Part shown: one piece after another, positions 28,293-38,686 of the stretch
Layout: each line of letters begins with the position of its first letter
Numbering within the stretch: position 1 is the stretch's first letter
Assembly: GCA_964514145.1 (NCBI GenBank)
Contig: CAZEPM010000002.1
Coordinates: forward strand, 1 to 54,668
Direction of reading: 5' to 3'
From: an uncultured Bacteroides sp.
GTDB taxonomy: Bacteria; Bacteroidota; Bacteroidia; Bacteroidales; Bacteroidaceae
Length of the DNA: 54,668 nucleotides
Notes under the pieces: generated by a model
Database searches by the model: none
The model's input: only the letters and a program-made list of their open reading frames with translations
Told to the model about the DNA's origin: nothing
Position numbers and translations under genes: made by a program

Positions 28293-30497
28293 TTAGAGCA
28301 GACTCCATGTAACGGTCAGTCCGGCCATAACAATGGCTACCATGCTCATGAGTTTAATTAGAATGTTCAAACTTGGACCGGAAGTATCTTTGAAAGGATC
28401 TCCTACGGTGTCGCCTACAACGGTTGCTTTGTGGACTTCGCTACCTTTTCCTCCCAAGTTGCCTTCTTCGACATATTTCTTGGCATTGTCCCAAGCTCCG
28501 CCAGCATTAGCCATGAATATCGCCAATACGAAACCGCAACTCAATCCTCCAATTAACAGACCAAGTACTCCGGCTACACCAAAAATCAATCCGGTTACAA
28601 CTGGAGCGATGATAGCTAGCAGAGAGGGGATAATCATTTCCCGTTGCGCTCCTTTTGTAGAGATGGCTACACAACGTTCGTAGTCTGGTTCGGTCTCTTC
28701 GCTTAGGATGCCTTTGATTTCGCGGAACTGCCGACGTACTTCTTCTACCATTTTGGAAGCTGCACGTCCGACTGCATTCATCGTTAATCCGCAGAATAAG
28801 AATGCCATCATGCTGCCGATGAACATACCGGAAAGTACTTTCGGATTCATCAGCGTTACGTCATAGTAAAGCATGAAGTCAGTGAAAGAAGCATTGGATG
28901 TCGCTATGGTCTGGCCGTTGCCCAAATCTAAGATGCTCGTACCAATGCGGTTAAGTCCGATACGTATTTCTTCAATGTAGGAGGCTAATAAGGCCAAACC
29001 GGTGAGTGCGGCCGAACCGATGGCAAATCCTTTTCCTGTGGCGGCCGTTGTATTTCCCAATGAATCGAGTGCATCGGTACGTTGACGTACTTCTTTTCCC
29101 AGTCCAGACATTTCAGCGTTTCCACCTGCATTGTCGGCGATGGGACCGTATGCATCTGTGGCTAGTGTGATACCCAATGTTGAAAGCATTCCTACCGCTG
29201 CAATACCGATACCGTAAAGACCCATGCTGACATTGGTAATATCAAAGTTGGCAGCAAATAGATAAGAAAGGATGACGCCTATTACGACAGCAATGACAGG
29301 AATTGCGGTTGAGAGCATTCCCAATCCGATACCGGAAATAATTACGGTAGCCGGACCCGTCGTGCCACTTTCACTCAGGCGGCGTGTGGGTGCATAAGAC
29401 TGTGATGTAAAATATTCTGTAGATCGTCCGATAATAATTCCCACGATGAGACCTATGATTACCGAGCAACTAATCAGTGCCCAATTATCTATTTGGAGTA
29501 ACCACATGATGAGGAAAGTTGCTACCACGATTAGTGCCGAGCTGAGGTTGGTTCCGACAGAAAGCGAGCCGAGCAAATCTTTGATGGTTGCCTTTTCTTT
29601 TGTTCGTACGGCAAAAATACCGACAATCGAGAGGATAATGCCAACGGCTGCGATAAGCATTGGAGCAATGACGGCTTTGAATTGCATCGTCGTGTCATCA
29701 CCATGTAAGAATGCAGCCGCACCTAATGCTGAAGTTGCAAGGATAGAACCACAATAAGATTCGTAGAGGTCAGCTCCCATTCCGGCTACGTCACCCACGT
29801 TGTCGCCTACATTATCAGCAATGGTGGCCGGATTACGCGGATCGTCTTCAGGAATACCGGCTTCTACTTTTCCTACCAAATCAGCGCCAACGTCTGCTGC
29901 CTTTGTATAGATTCCACCACCTACACGGGCGAAGAGGGCTTGTGTACTGGCTCCCATACCGAAAGTCAACATGGTGGTCGTGATGATGCAAAGTTTATGT
30001 GTTGGGGTTAGAGCATCTTCCGGAATGACGGCATTGAGTAATAAATACCAAAATGAAATATCAAATAAACCTAGTCCGACAACAATTAGACCCATCACCG
30101 CTCCACTGCGAAAGGCAATACGCAAACCGCTATTGAGTGACTCACGTGCGGCATTGGCTGTACGGGCTGATGCGTAGGTAGCTGTTTTCATTCCTAAAAA
30201 ACCTGAAAGACCGGAGAAAAATCCGCCAGTCAAGAATGCTACGGGCACCCATTCATTTTGGACATGGAAGCCATACGCCATAATGGAAAAAATGATGACA
30301 AGTCCGATGAATACTAAGCCTACAATTTTGTATTGCTGTTTGAGATAAGACATTGCTCCTTTGCGGACCGCTGCCGCTATGTAGACCATCCGAGGAGTGC
30401 CTTCGCTTACTTTCTTCATTTGTCGATAAAAGTAGTAAGCGTAACATAATGCTAATAACGATGAAATCGGAATCAGCCAGAAAAGTAAATAATCCAT
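28293..30497 (-). CDS. hppA: Membrane-bound cation-translocating pyrophosphatase (K+-dependent, Na+,H+-PPase type)
   Basis: [48 protein letters not shown]; 734 aa. Confidence 0.96.
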   Translation of the reverse strand: MDYLLFWLIPISSLLALCYAYYFYRQMKKVSEGTPRMVYIAAAVRKGAMSYLKQQYKIVGLVFIGLVIIFSIMAYGFHVQNEWVPVAFLTGGFFSGLSGFLGMKTATYASARTANAARESLNSGLRIAFRSGAVMGLIVVGLGLFDISFWYLLLNAVIPEDALTPTHKLCIITTTMLTFGMGASTQALFARVGGGIYTKAADVGADLVGKVEAGIPEDDPRNPATIADNVGDNVGDVAGMGADLYESYCGSILATSALGAAAFLHGDDTTMQFKAVIAPMLIAAVGIILSIVGIFAVRTKEKATIKDLLGSLSVGTNLSSALIVVATFLIMWLLQIDNWALISCSVIIGLIVGIIIGRSTEYFTSQSYAPTRRLSESGTTGPATVIISGIGLGMLSTAIPVIAVVIGVILSYLFAANFDITNVSMGLYGIGIAAVGMLSTLGITLATDAYGPIADNAGGNAEMSGLGKEVRQRTDALDSLGNTTAATGKGFAIGSAALTGLALLASYIEEIRIGLNRIGTSILDLGNGQTIATSNASFTDFMLYYDVTLMNPKVLSGMFIGSMMAFLFCGLTMNAVGRAASKMVEEVRRQFREIKGILSEETEPDYERCVAISTKGAQREMIIPSLLAIIAPVVTGLIFGVAGVLGLLIGGLSCGFVLAIFMANAGGAWDNAKKYVEEGNLGGKGSEVHKATVVGDTVGDPFKDTSGPSLNILIKLMSMVAIVMAGLTVTWSLL

Positions 30498-30525
30498 GAT
30501 ATTTTAATATGTTAAGGGTTTGTGT

Positions 30526-30533
30526 CAAAGGTA
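30526..30533 (-). promoter_or_regulatory. -7 box (TACCTTTG) for hppA
   Basis: TAnnTTTG 28 nt upstream of the ATG. Confidence 0.6.
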
Positions 30534-30665
30534 AGAAGTTTGTTCGATTTTAAAGATGAGCAATGTGTGAAAGTTTACTGACTTTGGCTAAAAGATGTGC
30601 AAACTGTCATTATGGATAGCCTTTTTTGACCGGCAGGAATGTGGCGTTTGGATATCTGTGTGTAT

Positions 30666-31514
30666 TTAGGCTATCATGCTTAGCTTGACCGCAGCCCAAC
30701 GATTTTTTTCTTTATAATGGATAAATTTCATGCCAAGTCGTTCTCCTTCTTGACGAATGTAAGGAATGTCGTCAACATAGAATCCGCTCATGTAGATATC
30801 CGACTGCGGATGCATGCAGGCTGCATAGTGTGCCATGTCAGCGAGCAAGATGTTGCGATTGATATTCGCAATGATGACGTCGAAAGGAGTGCGGCCTTTG
30901 AGTAGTGAAGCATCACCCAATTCAACGGTTATGTTTGTTATGTGGTTGAGTGCAATATTATCTCGCGAATTGTTTACGCACCAATCATCAATATCGATAG
31001 CCGTTATCGGATTTGCGCCACGCATGGAGGCCAGAATTGCCAAGATGGAAGTTCCGCATCCCATATCTAGAAGTGATTTGTCTTTTAAGTCTGCATCGAG
31101 TAGTTCTTCTATGATGAGGCTCGTTGTTTCGTGATGCCCTGTGCCGAAAGCCATTTGCGGGTTGATAATGATGTCATACGCAACTTGAGGGATATCATGG
31201 TGAAAATCGCTGTGTATCACACAGCGATTACCGATAACGATGGGTCGGAAGAAATTTTTTTCCCACTCTTCGTTCCAATTCTTGTCTTCAGTCGGATTTG
31301 CCTTATAGCTTATTTCCGTATCTGCTAGTGGAAAGTTCGCTAAAATATTCTCCACGTCATTTGCATGAAACTGAGATTGGGGAATGTAGGCCGCAACTCC
31401 GTTTTCTGTTTCAATAAAACTTTCAAATCCGATGTCAGCACAAAGTGCAATGAGCGTGCCGTTGACTATTTCCGTACAGGGTTGCGTATAAAAAATAACT
31501 TCTACGTATTTCAT
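30666..31514 (-). CDS. prmA: Ribosomal protein L11 methyltransferase
   Basis: NWNEEW, PQMAFGTGHHETT, LDMGCGTSIL, ANINRN; start at ATG 31514. Confidence 0.95.
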   Translation of the reverse strand: MKYVEVIFYTQPCTEIVNGTLIALCADIGFESFIETENGVAAYIPQSQFHANDVENILANFPLADTEISYKANPTEDKNWNEEWEKNFFRPIVIGNRCVIHSDFHHDIPQVAYDIIINPQMAFGTGHHETTSLIIEELLDADLKDKSLLDMGCGTSILAILASMRGANPITAIDIDDWCVNNSRDNIALNHITNITVELGDASLLKGRTPFDVIIANINRNILLADMAHYAACMHPQSDIYMSGFYVDDIPYIRQEGERLGMKFIHYKEKNRWAAVKLSMIA

Positions 31515-31572
31515 GTCGATAGATTGATTTCTTCGCACAAAGGCTGATGAAATGTACTTTTTTAAATTGCCA

Positions 31573-31663
31573 CAAAGATAAAAAGATAATACGAAAATAG
31601 GGAAAGTCCTATAAAGAAATAGGGAAAATCCCCTAATTTCTTTGTGTTAGCTTTTTATCTTTG
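31573..31663. promoter_or_regulatory. Divergent promoters (TATCTTTG on - at 31573-31580 and on + at 31656-31663) flanking two operator-like palindromes
   Basis: Two TAnnTTTG boxes facing outward; ATAGGGAAAGTCCTAT (31597) and ATAGGGAAAATCCCCTAAT (31619) lie between them. Confidence 0.6.
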
Positions 31664-31709
31664 CATAAGAATAAACACTATGACAAAATAAAGAAAGGAG
31701 AATACCGTC

Positions 31710-32960
31710 ATGAAGAGAAATGTTGTAAAACTAATGGTACTGCTGTTCATACTCTCTGGGACGGCTGTTGCCCAAAGCGAAGTAGACGATGTTTACTTCG
31801 TTCCTACAAAAAAAGAAAAGGAAACGGAAACGCCTGCCAGCCGATTGGTCGAAACCGCTAAGTCGGTAGAAAGCGAGTCGACTGTCAATAACTCAATTAA
31901 CGTCGTGGTGCGTAATTCGCAAGGTCGTCAGGTCGATATAGATGAGTATAACCGTCGCTACACAAGCGATAAAAACGACTTCTCCATAGAGAACGACACA
32001 CTTTATATAGACGAATTGCCGGACAGTGATTTGGAAGGTCAGTGGGTAAATGAGTTTCAGGGCACGCGTGACGATTACGAATATGCCGTCCGATTGATTC
32101 GTTTCCACGATCCGGCCTATGCCATTCCCGTAGGCAGCCCGCTCTATTGGGATGTGGTTTATGGGGTAGGCTTATTCCCGTCATGGGATTGGAATGTGTA
32201 TTATGATGGCATGTATGCGTACGTATTTCCTACGTATAGCAATCCATTGTGGTGGGATTGGCGTTACAACTCATGGGGACGCTGGCGCTGGCGCTGGACT
32301 TATTGGAGTTGGTATGATCCTTGGTGGGGTTGGGGATATCCGTATTATGCCTATTATCCGCATTCTCATCACCACTATCATTATTGGAGCGGTGGCGGTC
32401 ATCTCAACCATCCGACTCCGTTGAGATCATCATTGGCTGGTAATCGGGAACGTTGGCGAGGTGCTGCCAGCCGAACTCAAACGGCGACAACGGCTAATGG
32501 TAGCACTCGGGGTGGCAATGATCGTTTCAACTATGGAGGACGTAGACCAAGCAATACGAATGTAGCTAATAATCAAGGTGGTACTAACCACACGTCAAAC
32601 AGAGTTGTACAACCCGTGAATACCAACTCTTCCATACGTCAACAGTACGTTGACCAAGCCCGTGAACGATTTCGTGTAAACGGAAGTACTAATAACAGTT
32701 CGACAACGAACACAACGCGTAGCACTTCACGCTATGTCCGGCCAAGCACGTCACGCCCGCGCAGCATGGATTATACTCGTCCGAGCAGCACGCGTCAGTC
32801 AACCAACTATTATCGTTCTACGAGCGAAAGCAAGCAGTCTACTAATTATAACCGTAGCAGTAACGTGAATTCTAACAGTTCTTCCTATAACCGTTCTTCG
32901 AGTGGCAGCAATCGGGGTACAGTTTCCGGCGGAGGATCAGGAAATCGTGGTCGTCGTTAA
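31710..32960 (+). CDS. Secreted hypothetical protein with a W/Y-rich core and a long S/R/N/T-rich disordered tail
   Basis: Signal peptide, DDVYF and DIDEYNRR motifs, WWGWGYPYY segment, low-complexity C-terminus. Confidence 0.8.
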   Translation: MKRNVVKLMVLLFILSGTAVAQSEVDDVYFVPTKKEKETETPASRLVETAKSVESESTVNNSINVVVRNSQGRQVDIDEYNRRYTSDKNDFSIENDTLYIDELPDSDLEGQWVNEFQGTRDDYEYAVRLIRFHDPAYAIPVGSPLYWDVVYGVGLFPSWDWNVYYDGMYAYVFPTYSNPLWWDWRYNSWGRWRWRWTYWSWYDPWWGWGYPYYAYYPHSHHHYHYWSGGGHLNHPTPLRSSLAGNRERWRGAASRTQTATTANGSTRGGNDRFNYGGRRPSNTNVANNQGGTNHTSNRVVQPVNTNSSIRQQYVDQARERFRVNGSTNNSSTTNTTRSTSRYVRPSTSRPRSMDYTRPSSTRQSTNYYRSTSESKQSTNYNRSSNVNSNSSSYNRSSSGSNRGTVSGGGSGNRGRR

Positions 32961-33024
32961 TGAGATAAAATAGAGACTGACAGTTAAAGGCCATACAAAG
33001 TGTATGTATTAAATAAAAAGGCAT

Positions 33025-34653
33025 ATGAAAGCATTGTATAAATTCTATATAAGTACAGCTTTGGGTTGTTTGGGACTCGCTGTACAAGCTCAGACGGCAT
33101 ATAATGCCGGAACTGTGATGCAAGAACAATTGAGTGGAACGGCACGCTTTGTGGGTATGGGAGGAGCCATGAGTGCATTGGGTGGCGATCTCTCGGTCAT
33201 GGGAACCAATCCGGCAGGTATCGGCTTGTATCGGCGTAACGATGTGGCTGTGACATTTGGCTGGTACGGGCAGAGTGCAAAAAGTAACTACAATGGCCAA
33301 TCGGCCGGCGACGATGTATCTCGTTTCTCGTTCGACCAAGCCGGTTTTGTCTACTCGAGCAAAATCGGTGACCATACGTCCATGCGTTATTTTAATATCG
33401 GTTTTAACTACCGCAAACAGCAGAACTTCTATAGTAATATGTATATGGAAGGCGCGGTGAACGGTGAGTCGTATTCACAAAATATTGCTGCAGCTCTTAC
33501 TTTGGCTGGCAGTGGTGGTTATGGCTTGTCGTCTTATACGGCAAATGATTTCAACAAATTGCTGAGTGGAAACATGAATCCCTATTACGATGATGACCGT
33601 TTTGGCTGGATGAGTGTGATGGCCGGTCTGACGGGTTTGGTAAACGGCTATGTAGATGAAAATGGAGTTTCTGTCTATGAAGGTTGGGGAAGTAACTGGA
33701 ACTCTTTTCGCAGTCAAAACAGTGGTGGAATCCATGCATTCGACTTTAATATTTCTACTAATATCGAAGACCGCTGGTATTTAGGATTGACCATCGGAGT
33801 GTATGATGTGGATTTTCGCCGCTATTCTTCTTATGTAGAAGAAGTTTATTCGTATGCCAGTGATGCGCAGCCGGGTGCCGATCCGGACTATGCCGGCGTG
33901 ATGCAGTTAGAGAACTGGTACAATACGGAAGGTTCGGGAGTTGATATCAAATTAGGTGTTATTTGGCGACCATTCGAGTATTCTCCTTTCCGCATAGGGT
34001 TGGCTATTCATACACCCACGTGGTATAATTTACGAGATACTTATTCTGCACGCATGACTATGTTTGATGTCAATGGTAACGGCATAATGGCAGATACACG
34101 CGATGGCGGATATGGAGATACGTCGTATGATTACGAATTGCGCACACCTTGGAAGTTTAATCTCAGTGCGGGCTATACTTTTGGACAGCATATAGCTGTA
34201 GGAGCAGAATATGAATATGCAGACTATTCATCGACAGACGCTCGCGATCCGAAAGGTTGGGATCTGTCTGCACTCAATGAGGAGATAGAATCTTCATTGG
34301 AAGGCATGCACACTTTCAGAATCGGTATGGAAGCCAATGTTTTCGATGATATTTGTTTGCGTGTCGGTTATAATTATCAGAGTGCACTTTATAGCAAGGG
34401 TGCATATAAATTCAATGATCCGCAGGGAACACGTACAGACATTGACTACGAAAACATGTATGGCGCTCACAACATAACGGCCGGATTGGGTTTCCGTTTT
34501 GGCCGTTTCTATGCCGACTTGGCCTATGTATATACTCATCAGAAAGCCGACTTCTATCCTTATTCAAATCTTATTTTCGATGAGGCAGACCCTGTGGCAC
34601 GTATGACTTATACGAATAACCGCGGATTACTAACCTTGGGTTATAAGTTTTGA
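33025..34653 (+). CDS. OmpP1/FadL-like outer-membrane beta-barrel protein
   Basis: Signal peptide, GTARFVGMGGAMSALGGD..NPAG hatch motif, C-terminal TLGYKF. Confidence 0.85.
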   Translation: MKALYKFYISTALGCLGLAVQAQTAYNAGTVMQEQLSGTARFVGMGGAMSALGGDLSVMGTNPAGIGLYRRNDVAVTFGWYGQSAKSNYNGQSAGDDVSRFSFDQAGFVYSSKIGDHTSMRYFNIGFNYRKQQNFYSNMYMEGAVNGESYSQNIAAALTLAGSGGYGLSSYTANDFNKLLSGNMNPYYDDDRFGWMSVMAGLTGLVNGYVDENGVSVYEGWGSNWNSFRSQNSGGIHAFDFNISTNIEDRWYLGLTIGVYDVDFRRYSSYVEEVYSYASDAQPGADPDYAGVMQLENWYNTEGSGVDIKLGVIWRPFEYSPFRIGLAIHTPTWYNLRDTYSARMTMFDVNGNGIMADTRDGGYGDTSYDYELRTPWKFNLSAGYTFGQHIAVGAEYEYADYSSTDARDPKGWDLSALNEEIESSLEGMHTFRIGMEANVFDDICLRVGYNYQSALYSKGAYKFNDPQGTRTDIDYENMYGAHNITAGLGFRFGRFYADLAYVYTHQKADFYPYSNLIFDEADPVARMTYTNNRGLLTLGYKF

Positions 34654-34683
34654 CGACTTTTCAATCAAGCTTTTTTATAGATC

Positions 34684-34723
34684 AAACGCTCCGATAAACT
34701 TATACAAGTTTATCGGAGCGTTT
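34684..34723. terminator. Bidirectional intrinsic terminator
   Basis: AAACGCTCCGATAAACTT-atac-AAGTTTATCGGAGCGTTT; perfect 18-bp stem between convergent genes. Confidence 0.85.
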
Positions 34724-35195
34724 AACTATATTCCGTATAGCTGTTGTGTATGTTGTTTTTTAGTTTAATGGCTCTTTCCGGCGATTCTTCAGTTGGTTGA
34801 ACGCTTGTCTCAAGTGATTGTGTGCGATTAAAGAAGTGTTCGAGCAATGATTTCATTAGGTCGTTCAGTAGGGGAACTTCCTCAATAAATAAAGAATCGC
34901 AACGCGAATGAATGCCGATACGCCCGCCCTTTTGGTCTACAGAGTAAATGACATGAACTAAGGGCATGTTGTTATTGATTAAGTTTATAGCTTCTTTGAG
35001 CGGAATTACATCCGGATTTCTTAGATCCATGGCAAACCACCATGGATCCCAGATGGTGATGAATTTTATGTTATTGTCTGCTGAAACAAAAAACGACTCG
35101 CCTTGATATTTGAAACAAATATTGTCTTTGTCGTCTATTTCGGGCTGGCAACCTATTTGTTTTAATGTTTCAATTACTAAATCTCTAGTTTTCAT
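34722..35195 (-). CDS. Hypothetical protein (YbjN/chaperone-like), probably frameshifted near its 3' end
   Basis: TLKQIGCQPE..ICFKYQGE.F..ITIWDPWW..KEAIN..N; an alternative frame after LLEHFF ends at a TAA at 34760-34762. Confidence 0.65.
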   Translation of the reverse strand: MKTRDLVIETLKQIGCQPEIDDKDNICFKYQGESFFVSADNNIKFITIWDPWWFAMDLRNPDVIPLKEAINLINNNMPLVHVIYSVDQKGGRIGIHSRCDSLFIEEVPLLNDLMKSLLEHFFNRTQSLETSVQPTEESPERAIKLKNNIHNSYTEYS

Positions 35196-35286
35196 ATTTT
35201 CTAATCATATTAAGTGAGGCCTTACATTCGAAAGGCCTCACAAATTTATTTTATTTCGCATGTCAGACGATCTTTAGTCTGATATA

Positions 35287-38200
35287 TTAAGCTTGTTTAA
35301 TACTTACGGCTTTACTTTCAGTTTTGTCAAGTTCTTTCAATAATTCGTCAACAGCCGTTTTCAGCTGTGTATCTTCACCTTTGATAATCGTTTCGGGAGC
35401 GTTGAGCACTTTGATATCCGGCTCCAACTGAGTGTTTTCCAGATAGCTTCCGTCCGGTAAACGATAGCCGATGATGGGAATACCGATAATGAGTGACGGA
35501 TCTTGGAGTGTTTCCCATTGTACGCTTGTCATAGTGCCTGGAACGGGAGCTCCGACTAACTTTCCGAGTTCATTGTGACGATATACCCAAGGAGTTCCGT
35601 GTGCATTCGAATAGTTGGCTTCACATTGCAGCATGATCGACGGTTTGTTCCAACGGCGACTTGGCATATCGCAAGCTTCATGTCCTCGGATGACTTGGGT
35701 GAAATATTTCTTCCCGCTAAACAAAATTTCGATGTCTTCATGCAAGCGTCCACCACCATTGAAGCGCGTGTCTATGACGATACCCTCACGGTCGTTATAT
35801 TTACCGAGAATATCCGAATAGATATTACGGAAGCTGGCGTCATCCATAGACTTGATATGTACGTATCCTAATCGTCCGCCAGACCATTTGTCAACATCGT
35901 CAGTCCGTTGTTTTACCCATCGTTGATAGAGCAGATCGTTGAGTGTACTGATACTGATAGGCTTAACCACTTCCTCCCAAGTCTCTTTTGTCTCGGGATT
36001 AAGGAATGAAACCAATGTCTTCTTATTGGTTAATCCGTTAAGCAAAGCATACAAATCATTGTCTTCCGTGATTTCTTGTCCGTTGATTTTCTCTATGATT
36101 GTTCCGGATGTGACTTTTGTTGAAGCACGATCAAACGGTCCTTTGTCTACAATCTCTTCAATGCGAAGTCCTTTTCCTTCATAGTTCCAGTCGTAAAGCA
36201 GACCTAATTCGGCTGTCGGTTCTGTGCTACTTCCTCCCCTGTATCGGCCTCCCGTGTGCGAAACATTCAATTCGCCAAGCATTTCGCTGAGCAGTTCCGC
36301 GAAATCCCGGTTGTTATTGATGTGTGGTAAGAATTTCCGATATGCAGCTGTTATGGATTTCCAATTTACGCCGTGCATGCGAGTATCGTAAAAACGTTTG
36401 GCTTCTTGTTTGCATACATGGTCAAACATGTATTCACGTTCTTTATACAGATCCAGCTTCAGGGTAGCTTGGTATGAGATGGATTGGAGTCTTTCGTTTG
36501 TGGTATTCATGCTTTGCATATTGCCGCTACTGAGCAAGAAAATGTTTTTTCCGCTTTTATCCATTTCCATGTTAGCCCAGCTGGAGTTCAGTTTATGGAG
36601 CAGTTTGATGTCTTTGTCGCGCAAGGTGATTCTCCACAAGTCGAAGCCTTTTTCAAACGATGACAGATAGTAAAGTTTTTCGCCATCTTTAGACAGGATG
36701 GCCGATGCAAGTTTTGAAGAATTGGGAGTCAGACGAACAATGCGGTCTTCAATGTTTTTAAGTTCGATGTTGATGTGTTTGTCGTCGGGCTTTTCTTTGT
36801 TTTCATCTTTCTTGTTTTCGTCCTTTTTATCTATTTCCTTTTCCTTTTTTTCTTTAGCAGTCTCTTTTTTCTGTTCGGCTTCGAAGGCCTTTTGCAGTTC
36901 GTAGTCTTCTTTGTTCAGATTAAATTTGTCATATGCATCTTGGTTGAGGAACACAATCATAACATCGCTTTGTGATCCCCATGAAGCATGACTGCGCATA
37001 CCGTAGCGGTCTGTTATAAAGAGAATGGCATTGCCATCGAGTACCCAGCGAGGAGAAGTGCTGAAATAACCGCTTTGAGTGAGGTTGATGATTTCCTCTT
37101 TTCCGTCAGCTTTCACAATGCCGATGTCAGTATAAGGATCGTGACCATTTGCAATATATTCGAGTGTAAACCATTGACTGTCAGGAGACCATGAATAGTT
37201 GAACTTACCTTCGGTGCTAGGCCATGTCGAACCGTCGGTTATCTGGCGGATTTTTTTTGTCTGGAGGTTAAGTACCATCAACTTGTTTCGATCTTCAATG
37301 AAAGCCAGTTCTTTCCCGTCGGGCGAGAATTGCGGACAGCTACGTTCTATATCTGAAGACGGTATGAGCGCTTCTTCCTCTATGAGAGTGGCGTTGGGGA
37401 AGTTCGGGTCGTCTTCGCGACTGATTTTCGCTTGATACAGTCCCCAGTTGCCATTGCGTTCGCTGGCATAAACCAGTGTGCGGTTGTCCGGAGCAAAGGT
37501 GATGCCTTTTTCTCCTTCTGGGGTGTGAGTGATTTGTTTTGTCGTGGGGTATTCCGTGGAAGTGACGAATACTTCTCCGCGTGTGATAAAGGCGAGTTGT
37601 TTGCCATCAGGCGATGGTGTAGCATCTGTTGCGCCGCGTGTGATATTGATTCTTGTTGGAATATTTTCGTCATCGCGAATGAGTTCGATCTTTACCTTGC
37701 GTGGTTTGCCACCATTGCTTTTTTGCGTATAAATTTCACCGTCGTAAGTGTAACACAATGTGCCGTCACTTGCAATTGAAAGGAAGCGAACCGGATGTGT
37801 GCGGAAAGAAGTTACGGCTTTGGCCTCTTGTGGACGGTCTGTTGGCATGACGTAAACATTAAAAGAACCACCATTGCGTTCGCTCAGGAAGAATACCTGT
37901 TGTTCGTCTGGTGAGAACACAGGGTTACGGTCTTCACCAGCCCTGTTTGTCAGGTTGATATGCTTTTGTTTGCTTACGTCGTAAAGCCAGATATCTCGTG
38001 TTACGGAGGAGGTGTGGTGCTTACGCCATTCATTTTCCGAGCCTTTTAGGTCTTGATAAAGGAAACAGTTTCCTTTGCGGTTGAAGCAAATCATTTCGGC
38101 CGGAGTGCCCAATACTTGTTTGATGCGTCCGCCTTTGGTCGATACCTGATAAACTTCAGTCATAGTTGTTGAAGGGAATAAGGCGCTCTGTGCCGGGTCT

Positions 38201-38583
38201 TGGATGTTTGCTGAGAAAACTACATATTGTCCGTCGGGAGTGAATGCTGAAGGAATCTCTGTGCCCGAATGTGTTGTCAGTCTTTGTGCATTGCCCCCGT
38301 CTGCCGACATAATGAATAGGTCTATTCCACCGTTTCGGTCGCTGGCAAAAGCTATTTGTTTGCTGTCAGGTGACCAGATAGGATTAGATTCATACGAATC
38401 TTGGGTTGTGAGTCGGACGGCCTCTCCGCCACTGACTGCTACTTTGTAAATGTCACCTTTATAACAGAAAACGATTTGTTGCCCGTCTGGTGAGATCTGT
38501 ACATCGCGCATCCAGAGCGGTGTGTCGGCTGACGCCGTTATCCAGCTTACTCCGAGAGCTAAATAAATAAGAAGTTTTTTCAT
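35287..38583 (-). CDS. Tricorn-like S41 family protease
   Basis: Signal peptide, PD40/WD40 repeats (SPDG), ELNVSH, PDZ region, GYVHI, DTRFNGGG, YSNAH. Confidence 0.92.
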   Translation of the reverse strand: MKKLLIYLALGVSWITASADTPLWMRDVQISPDGQQIVFCYKGDIYKVAVSGGEAVRLTTQDSYESNPIWSPDSKQIAFASDRNGGIDLFIMSADGGNAQRLTTHSGTEIPSAFTPDGQYVVFSANIQDPAQSALFPSTTMTEVYQVSTKGGRIKQVLGTPAEMICFNRKGNCFLYQDLKGSENEWRKHHTSSVTRDIWLYDVSKQKHINLTNRAGEDRNPVFSPDEQQVFFLSERNGGSFNVYVMPTDRPQEAKAVTSFRTHPVRFLSIASDGTLCYTYDGEIYTQKSNGGKPRKVKIELIRDDENIPTRINITRGATDATPSPDGKQLAFITRGEVFVTSTEYPTTKQITHTPEGEKGITFAPDNRTLVYASERNGNWGLYQAKISREDDPNFPNATLIEEEALIPSSDIERSCPQFSPDGKELAFIEDRNKLMVLNLQTKKIRQITDGSTWPSTEGKFNYSWSPDSQWFTLEYIANGHDPYTDIGIVKADGKEEIINLTQSGYFSTSPRWVLDGNAILFITDRYGMRSHASWGSQSDVMIVFLNQDAYDKFNLNKEDYELQKAFEAEQKKETAKEKKEKEIDKKDENKKDENKEKPDDKHINIELKNIEDRIVRLTPNSSKLASAILSKDGEKLYYLSSFEKGFDLWRITLRDKDIKLLHKLNSSWANMEMDKSGKNIFLLSSGNMQSMNTTNERLQSISYQATLKLDLYKEREYMFDHVCKQEAKRFYDTRMHGVNWKSITAAYRKFLPHINNNRDFAELLSEMLGELNVSHTGGRYRGGSSTEPTAELGLLYDWNYEGKGLRIEEIVDKGPFDRASTKVTSGTIIEKINGQEITEDNDLYALLNGLTNKKTLVSFLNPETKETWEEVVKPISISTLNDLLYQRWVKQRTDDVDKWSGGRLGYVHIKSMDDASFRNIYSDILGKYNDREGIVIDTRFNGGGRLHEDIEILFSGKKYFTQVIRGHEACDMPSRRWNKPSIMLQCEANYSNAHGTPWVYRHNELGKLVGAPVPGTMTSVQWETLQDPSLIIGIPIIGYRLPDGSYLENTQLEPDIKVLNAPETIIKGEDTQLKTAVDELLKELDKTESKAVSIKQA

Positions 38584-38686
38584 ATGGATTTTATTTTAAG
38601 AATATATTAATTTAGATAGATTGTGGCAGCTATATGCCATTGATGTTTGTTATGATTATGATCGTTACTTTTTGTCTTTCGAGCAG

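Noticed and set aside
36770..36880. T-rich low-complexity stretch
   Set aside because: Encodes the K/E/D-rich linker of the tricorn protease
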